A DNA stretch of 64,000 nt from the IMG/VR virus record IMGVR_UViG_3300044295_000252, positions 66,682-130,681 of that record; one strand, 5' to 3'. Position 1 is the stretch's first letter. Each line of letters begins with the position of its first letter. The position numbers and the translations under genes were made by a program. A model generated the notes under the pieces. It was given only the letters and a program-made list of their open reading frames with translations. It searched no databases and was not told the DNA's origin. Shown one piece after another: positions 9,932 through 20,425 of the stretch. Source of the stretch: a virus. Taxonomy: Duplodnaviria; Heunggongvirae; Uroviricota; Caudoviricetes.

Positions 9932-10730
9932 GTTTACTGCACAGCGGGGTTTCTTGACCTTTGCACAAAACAGCGAAACCGTTGATTACTTGGAATTATC
10001 ACGGCAACAGGCTGCTAGTATTCGCATGTACATGAAGGACTGGCCCATAGCGTTAGTGGTAGATGAATCAACGGCTGCGCATCTAACTGATCGTGACCGT
10101 AAATTATTTGACCATATAATTACGTTGCGGCAAAATCTTGGCGTGTTTGCAAACGAAGCACAGGCATTTGCCCTAACACCATACAAAGAAACTATTAAGT
10201 TAGAATCAGATTTAGTACTGACTAGAAATATTTCACACTGGATGCCGGGATTTAGACATCACGACATACTGATGCCCAACAAAATTGTAAACTTTAGGAA
10301 TGAAGTCGTGGTGGATCAAACTTATCGTGACTTTTTCCGGCAAAACAATTTACCCAACGTCTATACCGGTATATATTATTTTAGATATAGTGCGACTGCA
10401 AGTGAATTTTTTAATTTAGTTTGTTCCATATTCCGCAACTGGGATACCTTCAAAAACCACTGGCGGCATAGCCCGGACCAAGCCAGCACTGATGTGGTAT
10501 TTGCCATCGCTGCCTTGTTATTTGGGCCAGAACGCTGTACTAATCCAGCACTAAGTTATCCCACCATGGTTCATATGAAGGGTGCAATAAATGGTCTAGC
10601 TGCGGATGCAGATTGGACTCAACATTTGTACAGCCAATTGAGCCAAACAGACTTAATTGTGGGATTTCATAAACAGTTTTACCCTTTTCATTTTTATCAA
10701 AAACATTGGAGACAAAATTATGGACAATGA
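9915..10730 (+). CDS. hypothetical protein, paralogue B of 9113..9931
   Basis: 271 aa. Same N-terminal architecture as the preceding ORF. 17-nt overlap with it. Confidence 0.5.
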   Translation: MPSQRKFTAQRGFLTFAQNSETVDYLELSRQQAASIRMYMKDWPIALVVDESTAAHLTDRDRKLFDHIITLRQNLGVFANEAQAFALTPYKETIKLESDLVLTRNISHWMPGFRHHDILMPNKIVNFRNEVVVDQTYRDFFRQNNLPNVYTGIYYFRYSATASEFFNLVCSIFRNWDTFKNHWRHSPDQASTDVVFAIAALLFGPERCTNPALSYPTMVHMKGAINGLAADADWTQHLYSQLSQTDLIVGFHKQFYPFHFYQKHWRQNYGQ

Positions 10731-11094
10731 GATCGAAGAGTTTTTACGTGGCATAGCTGACTTTGAAGCAAATAGACCCACAAATCCGCCGGTGATTAAT
10801 CGCGTACTGTATAACAAAATGACTGGTGCTCTCGTCAAAAAAATCACCGAAGCGTATGAAAATACAGACGACAAATTGGGTTTATTGGATGTGGATCAAA
10901 CCTATATTCATAATGAAAATCTCATGGATAATTTTTGTGTGAAGGCGGGCGCAATTTGTTTAAAAGAACGGCAAACATTAGACTACTCAAAAAAAGTTTT
11001 GATGTCTAGTGACACTGGCAAGTTTACTACAGCCAAAGACAATATGTTGTTTGTTGCAGCAGATGGCGATCGTTATGACCACAGAAAAAATTAA
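10720..11094 (+). CDS. hypothetical protein
   Basis: GGAGA SD before ATG at 10720 (track ORF starts at 10657). 124 aa. Confidence 0.4.
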   Translation: MDNEIEEFLRGIADFEANRPTNPPVINRVLYNKMTGALVKKITEAYENTDDKLGLLDVDQTYIHNENLMDNFCVKAGAICLKERQTLDYSKKVLMSSDTGKFTTAKDNMLFVAADGDRYDHRKN

Positions 11095-11971
11095 TTTAGC
11101 TGATCTGGATGTTATTTTCCTGACTTATGATGAGCCCAACAAAGAAGCTAATTGGATCGCTATACAAAATATGGTGCCATGGGCTAGACGTGTTGATGGC
11201 GTGAAGGGATCTGATGCTGCACATAAAGCAGCGGCGGCAGCTAGTCAAAGCAATAGGTTCATACTAATTGATGGTGATAACATTCCTGATGTGGGGTTCT
11301 TTGATCTACAACTGGAATTAGATGACCTTAATCGAGACTGTGTGTTTAGGTGGAAGGCCCGCAACGCGATCAACGGACTTATGTATGGCAATGGTGGCAT
11401 CAGTTGTTGGACCAAACACTTTGTCAATAATATGAGAACTCACGAAAACTCAGATGGCAGTGCAGAAACGCTGGTAGAATTTTGCTTCAATCCTCGATAC
11501 ATCGCTATGCATGACTGCTACAGTACCACTTATCCAAATCACAGTGCATTTCAGGCATGGCGTGCTGGATTTAGGGAGGGCGTGAAAATGTGCTTAGATC
11601 GTGGACGCAAGCCCAGTATTGAAGAATTCAACAGAGCAGTACATAAACGTAACTACGACAACCTATGTATTTGGCAAACTATTGGCGCTGACGTTGAATA
11701 TGGGCAAAATGCTATAGAAGGTGCAAGGCTGGGCACGTGGCTTACTATGTTGGGTGACTGGGATTATACCAAGGTCCAGGACTTTGATGAACTTAAAAAA
11801 ACCTGGGACTATTATAGTAACGATACTGATATTATAAAAATTACCCAGCAACTACAAACTAGGCTGGGATTGCCTATTATGGACCTAAGTGCCGAGCAAA
11901 GCAAATTTTTCAAACATCATTACAGAACACAATTCAAAAATAAAGGCATAATGACCTATGAGTCTAACTAA
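11063..11971 (+). CDS. hypothetical protein (contains DGD motif; possible transferase)
   Basis: ~300 aa. Start uncertain (11009, 11063 or 11075). FILIDGDNIPD motif. Confidence 0.45.
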   Translation: MAIVMTTEKINLADLDVIFLTYDEPNKEANWIAIQNMVPWARRVDGVKGSDAAHKAAAAASQSNRFILIDGDNIPDVGFFDLQLELDDLNRDCVFRWKARNAINGLMYGNGGISCWTKHFVNNMRTHENSDGSAETLVEFCFNPRYIAMHDCYSTTYPNHSAFQAWRAGFREGVKMCLDRGRKPSIEEFNRAVHKRNYDNLCIWQTIGADVEYGQNAIEGARLGTWLTMLGDWDYTKVQDFDELKKTWDYYSNDTDIIKITQQLQTRLGLPIMDLSAEQSKFFKHHYRTQFKNKGIMTYESN

Positions 11972-13388
11972 TCCTGGCGACGAAGCCACGGAAAAAGATG
12001 GCAAATTAACCAGCAAGTTTCTATCTGATGCTGAGCGGGCAAAGGAAATGTTAGATGCGGTTAGCCCCAGCTTTTGTTTAGCCAAATGGCAACAGGTTAG
12101 TTTACATTTACCAACAGGCATGAACAATAGTTGCTATCATCCACCTTTACACCCTATACCTCTAGAGTTATTGGATAATAATCCCAGTGCATTACATAAT
12201 ACTCCACATAAGAAACAACAGAGAACGATGATGTTGAATGGTCAGCGACCAAAGGAATGTAGCTATTGCTGGGCGATTGAAGATGCTGGTAATATAAGTG
12301 ATCGTCATTATCGCAGTGGCGAGCCCTGGGCCATCAAAGATTATGATTCCATCAAAGAATTGCATGGTCCGGAAGATGTGACGCCACGTTATGTGGAAGT
12401 AAACTTTAGCAACCTATGTAATTTGGAATGCAGCTATTGTAGCCCCCAGTTCAGTAGCAGTTGGATGACTCAAGCAGAGCAGTTTGGATCATATCCCACA
12501 GTACCAGCGCATAATGATCCCGGTTATTTTACTGGTGCTAGACGACCCATACCCATTAAAGAACATAATCCATACGTAGAAGCATTTTGGCGTTGGTGGC
12601 CTGAACTATATCCTCAGCTAGAGCATTTTAGAATGACTGGCGGCGAGCCACTCATGGATCTTAATACCTATCGTGTGTTTGATTACGTATTAGCTAATCC
12701 CAAACCTAATCTGCACTTGGACGTGACCAGTAACTTTAGCCAGGAGCCGCGTATCTTTAACAGATACATAGATTATGTTAGGCAGCTATGTGATGGCAAC
12801 AATATTGAACATTTCATGCAGTATGTGAGCTTGGATAGTTGGGGCGCCCAAGCGGAATACGGCAGAGCTGGATTAAATTTCAAGTTACTTTGGAACAATG
12901 TGCAGCGATATCTACAGCAAGTGCCCCATAAAAATAGTTTAACTTTTATTATTACCATGAATACGCTGGCCTTGCCCAGCTTGCAACAACTATTGCAGAA
13001 TATCTTGGACCTGCGATGCAAATATAGTCAGTCATATCAGCGAATATGGTTTGATACTCCATATCTGCGTCAACCCAGTTGGCAAAGTTTGAGAACCTTA
13101 CCAGGTGCATACAGCGATTACATAAATCGCAGTATAGCATATATGCAGACCAACATGGAAACAGAAGCCACAAGATTTCATGGCTTCAAAGACTATGAAG
13201 TTCAGCGGCTAACAAGAGTGCGTGATTGGATGTTGGGTGCTCCTGAGCATGATGCGGCACAGGATCGCGCAAATTTTTATAGATTTTTCAGTGAATATGA
13301 TCGTAGACATGGGATTGACTTCGTAACTTGGTTTCCGGAGTATAAAGAATTTTGGGATCAATGCAAATTTTATGCCAAGAATAAATAA
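11958..13388 (+). CDS. Radical SAM enzyme, paralogue 1 (Cys-rich N-terminal extension)
   Basis: CNLECSYC = Cx3Cx2C radical-SAM cluster motif. N-terminal CxxKW..G....CYHP and CSYCW..ED Cys motifs. 476 aa. Confidence 0.75.
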   Translation: MSLTNPGDEATEKDGKLTSKFLSDAERAKEMLDAVSPSFCLAKWQQVSLHLPTGMNNSCYHPPLHPIPLELLDNNPSALHNTPHKKQQRTMMLNGQRPKECSYCWAIEDAGNISDRHYRSGEPWAIKDYDSIKELHGPEDVTPRYVEVNFSNLCNLECSYCSPQFSSSWMTQAEQFGSYPTVPAHNDPGYFTGARRPIPIKEHNPYVEAFWRWWPELYPQLEHFRMTGGEPLMDLNTYRVFDYVLANPKPNLHLDVTSNFSQEPRIFNRYIDYVRQLCDGNNIEHFMQYVSLDSWGAQAEYGRAGLNFKLLWNNVQRYLQQVPHKNSLTFIITMNTLALPSLQQLLQNILDLRCKYSQSYQRIWFDTPYLRQPSWQSLRTLPGAYSDYINRSIAYMQTNMETEATRFHGFKDYEVQRLTRVRDWMLGAPEHDAAQDRANFYRFFSEYDRRHGIDFVTWFPEYKEFWDQCKFYAKNK

Positions 13389-14724
13389 CGAAACAGATTT
13401 AGAATACAAGCAACGAGTACTAGATACTAAGAGCAACAGTTTTTGTGCTGCAAAATGGTATAATGCTACAATTTGGTTGGGTAGCGGTATGACCACAAGT
13501 TGTCATCACCCATTGCCACACAAAATTGATTTACATGCTCTAAGCAATGATCCGTCTGCGTTACATAACACGTCACAAAAAATGGCGGAACGGGCTCTGA
13601 TGCAACGGGGATCTAGACCCAGTGGCTGTGAATACTGTTGGAAAATTGAAGATACAGGTAAAGATGTAGTAAGTGACAGGGTTTATAAAAGCCAAATTTA
13701 CAGTGATGAGGAGTTAGATCGTGCCTTTAACAGTGCGGCAACACAAAGAATTAGCCCGATTACACTCGAAATCGCATTCGACAGAACCTGTCAATTTGCC
13801 TGCTCATACTGCAACCCGGCCTTTAGTACAAGTTGGGTCAGAGACATATCACAATTGGGTCCATACCAAAACTTGCAAAGTGATGGTCGCAATCATTTTA
13901 CTCACGAGCATGCTAGCAGTCAGCTATACGATGTTAATGAAGTAAATCCCTATGTAGAAGCATTTTATGCTTGGTGGGAACGAGACCTCCAATACAGTCT
14001 GCGTGAATTACGTATAACTGGCGGTGAGCCATTAATGAGTCCGCATATCTGGCGTTTGTTAGAATGGTTTGAGTTAAATGGCAGTCATATTCAATTTGCC
14101 ATTAACACTAACTTAGGCGCCAAACGTGATATCATAAACAGATTCATAAGTCACGCGAAACAAATACATAAACTTCAGGTCTATACCAGTTGTGAAGCCA
14201 CTGGCACTATGGCCGAATACATTAGAGACGGATTGGTTTGGGAAGACTGGCAGTATAACTGTGAGCGTATTTGTGCAGAAGCTAAACCACAAGGGTTTCA
14301 TATGATGTGTACCATTAATGCTTTATGTTTATGGGATTTGCCTGACTTTTTATATTGGTGCATGAATATGAAAGAACGTTATGGCAGAGACTTCCCCACC
14401 TTCACACTTAATATTCTGAGATTCCCCAGTTTTCAAAGTCCACTTGTCCTACCCAAAGAGATTTTGCTAGAACGAGCCCATGAACTATCACAGTGGTTGC
14501 AGCAAAATCGTAATTCTACATTATTACATCAAATGGAAATTAATCATATTGAACGTTTAGTAGAATATCTACGCACGGTAGACAGTCCACATACTGGTGC
14601 TAGCAGCAAAGAGCAGTTAGCGCGGGACTTTAAGAACTTTTACACTCAATATGACTCTAGACGCGGCAAGAATATGCGTAAAGTTTGGCCACAGCAATTA
14701 TTAGACTGGGTTGACAGTATATGA
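13372..14724 (+). CDS. Radical SAM enzyme, paralogue 2
   Basis: CQFACSYC (Cx3Cx2C). Same N-terminal Cys motifs (CAAKW..SCHHP, CEYCWKIED). 450 aa. Collinear with paralogue 1. Confidence 0.75.
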   Translation: MPRINNETDLEYKQRVLDTKSNSFCAAKWYNATIWLGSGMTTSCHHPLPHKIDLHALSNDPSALHNTSQKMAERALMQRGSRPSGCEYCWKIEDTGKDVVSDRVYKSQIYSDEELDRAFNSAATQRISPITLEIAFDRTCQFACSYCNPAFSTSWVRDISQLGPYQNLQSDGRNHFTHEHASSQLYDVNEVNPYVEAFYAWWERDLQYSLRELRITGGEPLMSPHIWRLLEWFELNGSHIQFAINTNLGAKRDIINRFISHAKQIHKLQVYTSCEATGTMAEYIRDGLVWEDWQYNCERICAEAKPQGFHMMCTINALCLWDLPDFLYWCMNMKERYGRDFPTFTLNILRFPSFQSPLVLPKEILLERAHELSQWLQQNRNSTLLHQMEINHIERLVEYLRTVDSPHTGASSKEQLARDFKNFYTQYDSRRGKNMRKVWPQQLLDWVDSI

Positions 14725-15827
14725 CTAGTGAAACCTTCTGCTGTTTACCCTTTATGCATTTGGCTACGCATCCAAATGGCGCAATCAGTCTATGTTGCGA
14801 AGCCAGCACCCAAGGTAAAACACTAAGCAATAACATAGAAGCACATAGACCCTATAAGTTAGCACAAGATAAACTGGTTGATGCAGTAAATAGTGAAAAT
14901 TTTTGCCAGTATAGGCGCGAAATGATAGCTGGTCAATGGCCCAAGCCCTGTGTAACTTGTAAAAACAAAGAAGCACAGGGACAACAAAGTAAGAGGCAAC
15001 GAGAGAATCGTCGCTGGCTGCCCATATTCAGTGAGCAAGAATTAATTAACAGATCAAATGCTGATGGTAAACTAAACAAAATTAATTTTGGTTTTATAGA
15101 ATTACGTTTAGCTAACACCTGCAATAGTGCATGTATAACTTGTAATCCAATAAGTAGCAGTCGCTGGATACAGGATGCTGATGCATTACAAAAATGCTTG
15201 CCTTGGTATCAAAATTTTTATACAAGCGAAAACAATTGGACTAACAACCCTCAAATCTTTGATGAGATAGCAGAACATTGTTCTGAGCTTAAGGAAATTT
15301 ATATCAATGGTGGCGAGCCTACACTGATACCACAGCATTATGCCTTATTAGATCGATTAGTAGGTAATAATAGCAGCAAAAATATTCGTTTACATTACAG
15401 TATAAATTGCACTAGATTGCCCAGCGAATTGGTTGATTTGTGGTTAAGATTTAAACAAGTAAACGTCAGTTGCAGCATTGATGAACTTGCTGAACGCAAT
15501 AATTACATACGTTGGCCAACCGAATGGGGAACCGTTTTAAACACCATCAACAAATTGCGTCACCATGCTAATACTACTATAATTACTGGTATTACACAAA
15601 CTGTTAGTATTTTTAATCAACATAGACTAACAGAGTTTGAATCGTTTGTTAAAAATATGTGGCCCAAAATGAATATCTATAAAAATTATTTAACTGAGCC
15701 TCATTATCTACAGGCTAATTTGCAGGACAACACCAAGTTTAGGGAATTTGTCAAAGCCATGGATCAAATACGACAAACAGATTTTGTCAAGACCTTTCCT
15801 GAATTGTCACACTTGTTAGATGAATAA
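14721..15827 (+). CDS. Radical SAM enzyme, paralogue 3
   Basis: CNSACITC (Cx3Cx2C). N-terminal FCCLPFMHLATHPNG..SLCC motif. ATGA overlap with the upstream gene. Confidence 0.75.
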   Translation: MTSETFCCLPFMHLATHPNGAISLCCEASTQGKTLSNNIEAHRPYKLAQDKLVDAVNSENFCQYRREMIAGQWPKPCVTCKNKEAQGQQSKRQRENRRWLPIFSEQELINRSNADGKLNKINFGFIELRLANTCNSACITCNPISSSRWIQDADALQKCLPWYQNFYTSENNWTNNPQIFDEIAEHCSELKEIYINGGEPTLIPQHYALLDRLVGNNSSKNIRLHYSINCTRLPSELVDLWLRFKQVNVSCSIDELAERNNYIRWPTEWGTVLNTINKLRHHANTTIITGITQTVSIFNQHRLTEFESFVKNMWPKMNIYKNYLTEPHYLQANLQDNTKFREFVKAMDQIRQTDFVKTFPELSHLLDE

Positions 15828-17100
15828 ACCACCACAAAACTTCTGTATGGCACCGTGGACTCATACTTATATTAGTCCACAGCATGAACGTCGTATGTGT
15901 TGCGCTAGTCGCGAACCAGCTCGCGGATTTAAACAATATATAGATACCGCAGAAGGCGACAATACCTATAGACCACAATCACTAGAAGAACACTGGAACA
16001 GCGAACACATGCGTAGTGTACGTCGTCGTATGCTAAGTGAGGAAGAACTGCCAGAATGTGAAGTATGTAATACCAAAATACTCAATACCAGCGTATATAG
16101 AAGTTACTTTAACCAACTTTTCCTACACAAATATCAGCAGGTATTGACCAGCACCGATACAACTGGTCATACCACAATGACACCAGTCAGCTGGGACTAT
16201 AGATTCAGTAATCTATGCAACTTTAAATGCAGAATGTGTGGAGACATGTTAAGCAGTGCATGGGAAACAGAGAACCGTGAACAGGGCAAAACTGAAGCAT
16301 GGATGCAGCCCGATATTAGGCGACAGATACAGCAATTTACTGATCAAGTTGTGATAAAAGAATTTGTTGAGGCAATAGAAAACAAAACTATTGAGGAAAT
16401 TTATTGGGTCGGTGGTGAACCATTGATGTGGGATATACATTGGCATGCGATGAAACGTATTATTGAGTTGGGCTATGCTACGCGAGTCTATCCCAGGTAC
16501 AATACCAATCTCAGCAGAGTAACCTATCAAAACCATAACCTGTTTGATTTGCTTAAACACTACAGAGACTGGCAGATATGTGCCAGTATAGATGCAACTG
16601 GAGACACCGGCGAATATATTAGGACAGGTCTTAACTACCAGCAATGGTTAGAAAACTTTGAACAGGGTGTGGCCATACAAAGAAATAACAGACAAATGCG
16701 TATTGACCTAACACTTACATTGCCGGGAATGTTTGATCTCGACAATATTGTGGCATTGGCTGACCGCTTACAAGTAGAAATCTTGACTAAGGTCTGCTTT
16801 GCATTTGATTCCGATATATTAATGAGCCCTATGTGTTTGCCCAGACCCTTGCTGAACAATTTATTGGATCGTCAGTTAAGTAAATTAACAAATAGTCGTC
16901 ACAGAAGCCTAAAAGAAGTTTTGGAAAATATGTATCATCGCCCAGTCTTTGCAGAGCAGTGGCCTGAACAATATGCGGCTGCGGCACAGCGTGGTAAACA
17001 ACGATTGTTAAAGTTGGAATCAATTAGACACTGCAATACAAATATGTCCAAGATCCTATCTGCGGATGCCGAAATACTGGCATGGTGGGAGTCTATCTAA
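15820..17100 (+). CDS. Radical SAM enzyme, paralogue 4
   Basis: CNFKCRMC (Cx3Cx2C). N-terminal FCMAPWTHTYISP..RMCC motif. 426 aa. Confidence 0.75.
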   Translation: MNKPPQNFCMAPWTHTYISPQHERRMCCASREPARGFKQYIDTAEGDNTYRPQSLEEHWNSEHMRSVRRRMLSEEELPECEVCNTKILNTSVYRSYFNQLFLHKYQQVLTSTDTTGHTTMTPVSWDYRFSNLCNFKCRMCGDMLSSAWETENREQGKTEAWMQPDIRRQIQQFTDQVVIKEFVEAIENKTIEEIYWVGGEPLMWDIHWHAMKRIIELGYATRVYPRYNTNLSRVTYQNHNLFDLLKHYRDWQICASIDATGDTGEYIRTGLNYQQWLENFEQGVAIQRNNRQMRIDLTLTLPGMFDLDNIVALADRLQVEILTKVCFAFDSDILMSPMCLPRPLLNNLLDRQLSKLTNSRHRSLKEVLENMYHRPVFAEQWPEQYAAAAQRGKQRLLKLESIRHCNTNMSKILSADAEILAWWESI

Positions 17101-18407
17101 TGTATGATGTCTTTTATAAAACAATACCCACGGGATTGTTTGCCCACGAACGACCGGCTGACAATTTAGATCACGCCGCAGCACAATGCCGCACCAAGTT
17201 TTTTTGGTACTTGGATGGTGTAAATGATTACAGCGATTTTGACTGGCATTGGCAACCTGCGCCCTGGGAACAGGAATTTACTCATATATTTGGTACACAG
17301 TGGCAACGGGACGGTGGTGCTGTATTTAGAGCCAAAACTGTAAAAGAACCTATAGATCATTTTCAAACGGCATTTACAGCGCGCCGCAAACTCAGCAACA
17401 ATGTTATTGATATTGGTGTTGGCACTGGCAACTATTTTGCAGACGTGGAACGTGCTACGAGTTCAGCAGAGTCCAGTCATGTTTGGATCAAACACGATAT
17501 GATCGATTGTGATCAATTTGATTTCAGTTGGCATCCCGACCATTACCAGGACAACTTGATGCACATTTTTGGCAGTCGTGATGACGTGCCTGGCAGTTTA
17601 CTTTATTTGCCGGTTAAAGACTTTTGTGCATACACAGAGCAATGCCGTCAGCACCCCACAGATTCCGCTCCACAATTAGTAGATTTCGCACGAATTCGAC
17701 GCCATACCAGCGCAAAATTGCAGGAAAAACCCCTGGATATCATCTATATCAGCAACGGGGAACCTGATGCAGAGCAGTGGTACAGACATGCTGTAAATAT
17801 AGCTCACAGGCCCATTCATAGGGTCATGAATGTACCCGGCAGGGCGGAAGCATACAAGGCAGCAGCACGAATGAGCACTACTGACTGGTTCTTTACGGTG
17901 TTCGCCAAATTGTCAGTAAGTGCTAACTTTCCCTGGGACTGGCAACCCGATCGCACCGAGCGTGAGCAGCATTACATATTCCACGCCAAAAACCCCGTCA
18001 ATGGGCTTGAGTATGGGCACATGGCCCTGCTGGCCTATAATAAGCGCCTAGTACTTGAAACCAACGACTGGGGCTTAGACTTTACCCTGAGCAGGCCACA
18101 TTGCGTAGTGCCTATATTCAGTGGGACCGCATACTTTAACGCAGATCCTTTCATGACTTGGCGCACCGCATTTCGTGAAGTGCTGAAATTAGTTCATACT
18201 GATCGCACTGCGCCCACTATTCCCAACCTGTATAGATTGCAGACATGGCTCAATACCGCACAAGGACCCAATGCGGAATATTGTTTGGCTGGCGCCAAAG
18301 ATGCTGTAGCTTATTACGACGAAGTTGGTGGTGACCTGCCCAAGTTATTATTAAGCTTTGAATGGCCCTGGCTTAGGGCTCGGTTTGAAGAAACTTGCAA
18401 ATTTTAG
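17082..18407 (+). CDS. hypothetical protein (441 aa)
   Basis: Long ORF, last gene of the + strand arm. Its 3' end overlaps the 3' end of a convergent - strand gene by 35 nt. Confidence 0.5.
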   Translation: MVGVYLMYDVFYKTIPTGLFAHERPADNLDHAAAQCRTKFFWYLDGVNDYSDFDWHWQPAPWEQEFTHIFGTQWQRDGGAVFRAKTVKEPIDHFQTAFTARRKLSNNVIDIGVGTGNYFADVERATSSAESSHVWIKHDMIDCDQFDFSWHPDHYQDNLMHIFGSRDDVPGSLLYLPVKDFCAYTEQCRQHPTDSAPQLVDFARIRRHTSAKLQEKPLDIIYISNGEPDAEQWYRHAVNIAHRPIHRVMNVPGRAEAYKAAARMSTTDWFFTVFAKLSVSANFPWDWQPDRTEREQHYIFHAKNPVNGLEYGHMALLAYNKRLVLETNDWGLDFTLSRPHCVVPIFSGTAYFNADPFMTWRTAFREVLKLVHTDRTAPTIPNLYRLQTWLNTAQGPNAEYCLAGAKDAVAYYDEVGGDLPKLLLSFEWPWLRARFEETCKF

Positions 18408-19485
18408 AAGCCACTTCTTCTACTTCGGTATCTGTAAGTTCAGGATATATTGGTAAACTTAAACAAGTTTTGCAATGTTCATCTGCCATGGGATATTCGT
18501 GTGGTGCAGAATATACATTTAGATCGTAGGCTGGTAGTGGTATTTCATAGGTCAACTTTGTTTCAATTGAACAAGTGGCAAGGAAGTTTTGCAAGGTGTA
18601 TCTGCGAGGAGTATGTATCACATACTTACTATAAGCAGGAGTAATCCTGTTATCATATTGCATAGTTTGCACTACAGGACTTAAAATACTGTCATAATAT
18701 GCTGCAATATCCCGTCTGCGTTCCTGCCACTTTTCAAAGTAGTTATATTTGATCAGCATCTGTGCACAGTCAACTTCGCTCATCCTACTATTAGTGCCAG
18801 ATTCTATATGAGAACCTGCGATTCCATGTTTATGCATACTGCCTACATCCAGTGCTAATTCAAAGTCATCCGTAAGCACCATACCACCATTGCCATAATT
18901 ATTGAAATTTTTCGTAGGATCAAAACTTAAACAGCTGATGGTACCCAAACTGCCGCTGGGTCTATTTTTAAAACTAGCGCCAAAGCTTTGGGCAGCATCT
19001 TCTATTATGGGAATATCATTACCAAAAAACTTTGTTACCAGTTGAAGCTTTTCATAGTCTAATATATTACCATAGAGATTTACATACAGTACGATATCAA
19101 TTTGTTTAGGGTCCTGAATTTTGTCCAGATCCAACAAACCATTGGCATCAATATCGCAAAACACAGGTCTACAACCGGCTTCATATACTGCATTAAGTGT
19201 TGCTATAAAACTAACCGTAGGAACCAATACACGCGGAATGTCTACAGGCCTTCTATTCTTTAAAGCTCTTAGCGCAAATATTAGTGCTTCAGTGCCACTG
19301 TGTACCGGTATGGCATGTGACCTACCGCAATGCCACTTCATTCTGGAGACAAAACGTGGAGAACTTCCGCTGTCCATCAACATGCCGGATTTCAATACCG
19401 CGTCTGTGACCGACAATATTTCTTCGCGTATTCGACTATACTGGCGCGCTATGCCATAAAGAGGTATTTTGTAAGTACCATTCAT
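18373..19485 (-). CDS. PLP-dependent sugar aminotransferase (DegT/DnrJ/EryC1/StrS family)
   Basis: Family-typical N-terminus (IPL.....QY..I..EI..A...VL.SG). LSFDPTKNF..GNGGMVLTDD block with the active-site Lys. Start probably at MNGTYKIPL (19485; track start 19539). Confidence 0.8.
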   Translation of the reverse strand: MNGTYKIPLYGIARQYSRIREEILSVTDAVLKSGMLMDSGSSPRFVSRMKWHCGRSHAIPVHSGTEALIFALRALKNRRPVDIPRVLVPTVSFIATLNAVYEAGCRPVFCDIDANGLLDLDKIQDPKQIDIVLYVNLYGNILDYEKLQLVTKFFGNDIPIIEDAAQSFGASFKNRPSGSLGTISCLSFDPTKNFNNYGNGGMVLTDDFELALDVGSMHKHGIAGSHIESGTNSRMSEVDCAQMLIKYNYFEKWQERRRDIAAYYDSILSPVVQTMQYDNRITPAYSKYVIHTPRRYTLQNFLATCSIETKLTYEIPLPAYDLNVYSAPHEYPMADEHCKTCLSLPIYPELTDTEVEEVASKICKFLQTEP

Positions 19486-20425
19486 AGTATCGTTTAAATC
19501 CTTCTTCCACGTTGATCTGTGGATTAAATTCAAAATCACTTTTTGCTTGTTGGATATTTAAATTTCCTCTACTGGGGTAATTGCCGTCACGATCCAACAC
19601 ATGAATATTTCCGCGACCCACAATATCCACAATCAGCTTTGCCGCTGACAATAAGGTGTGCTGCCTGCAATCACTGCGAGTAATATTGTAGATCTTGCCT
19701 GCGGTATTTGTTGATAACGCAGCCTGTACTATGCCACTAGCAGTATCATCCACATGTGTAAAGTCCAATACCTCGCTGGAACCGTGTACCTTAATGGTTT
19801 CGTCGCGCAGTGCAGAAACTATGAACTTACTTACTACACGGTCTTCCACGTCATATTCACCATAGACCGCACTGGGCCTAATAATCACGTATTCCATGCC
19901 GGTTCTGCGGCTGTAATCCTTTACCAATTGCTCACCAGCATATTTGAGTATTGCATATTGACCCTGCGGTCTACAGGTGTCAGACTCGGTAACTCCACTG
20001 GTAAAGTCACCATATACCATGCTGCTACTAATATAGACAAAACGTTTTACCTTATGCCTAGCAGCGTGTTCAAGCAAGTTTATTAGTCCAGATATCATTA
20101 CTTCCGAAGCATATACAGGATTAATGGCCACAGCTCTTTGCCTAGGAAAACCTGCTAAATGTATTACGGTGTCAGCCGTGGCTCTACAGTAAGCTACATC
20201 AATCAATTTGGTATCAGTAATGTTAAATGCTATGGACTTTGAATTAGTCTTTTTTTCACGTAACTGCATTACCGCATTTAATTGATTTCTTGGCAAAATA
20301 TCGTAATCTGTCCTATTGTCCACGTCATAAACTGTATGACCCTGATCCAATAGTAATTTAACTACATTATGTCCAATAAATCCCATACCGCCTGTAGTTA
20401 AGAAATTCATGTGTCTGTACCCCAA
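19436..20425 (-). CDS. NAD-dependent sugar epimerase/dehydratase (SDR family)
   Basis: GGMGFIGHNVVKLL Rossmann motif. YAILKYAGEQ (YxxxK catalytic dyad). 329 aa. Confidence 0.85.
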   Translation of the reverse strand: MGYRHMNFLTTGGMGFIGHNVVKLLLDQGHTVYDVDNRTDYDILPRNQLNAVMQLREKKTNSKSIAFNITDTKLIDVAYCRATADTVIHLAGFPRQRAVAINPVYASEVMISGLINLLEHAARHKVKRFVYISSSMVYGDFTSGVTESDTCRPQGQYAILKYAGEQLVKDYSRRTGMEYVIIRPSAVYGEYDVEDRVVSKFIVSALRDETIKVHGSSEVLDFTHVDDTASGIVQAALSTNTAGKIYNITRSDCRQHTLLSAAKLIVDIVGRGNIHVLDRDGNYPSRGNLNIQQAKSDFEFNPQINVEEGFKRYYEWYLQNTSLWHSAPV

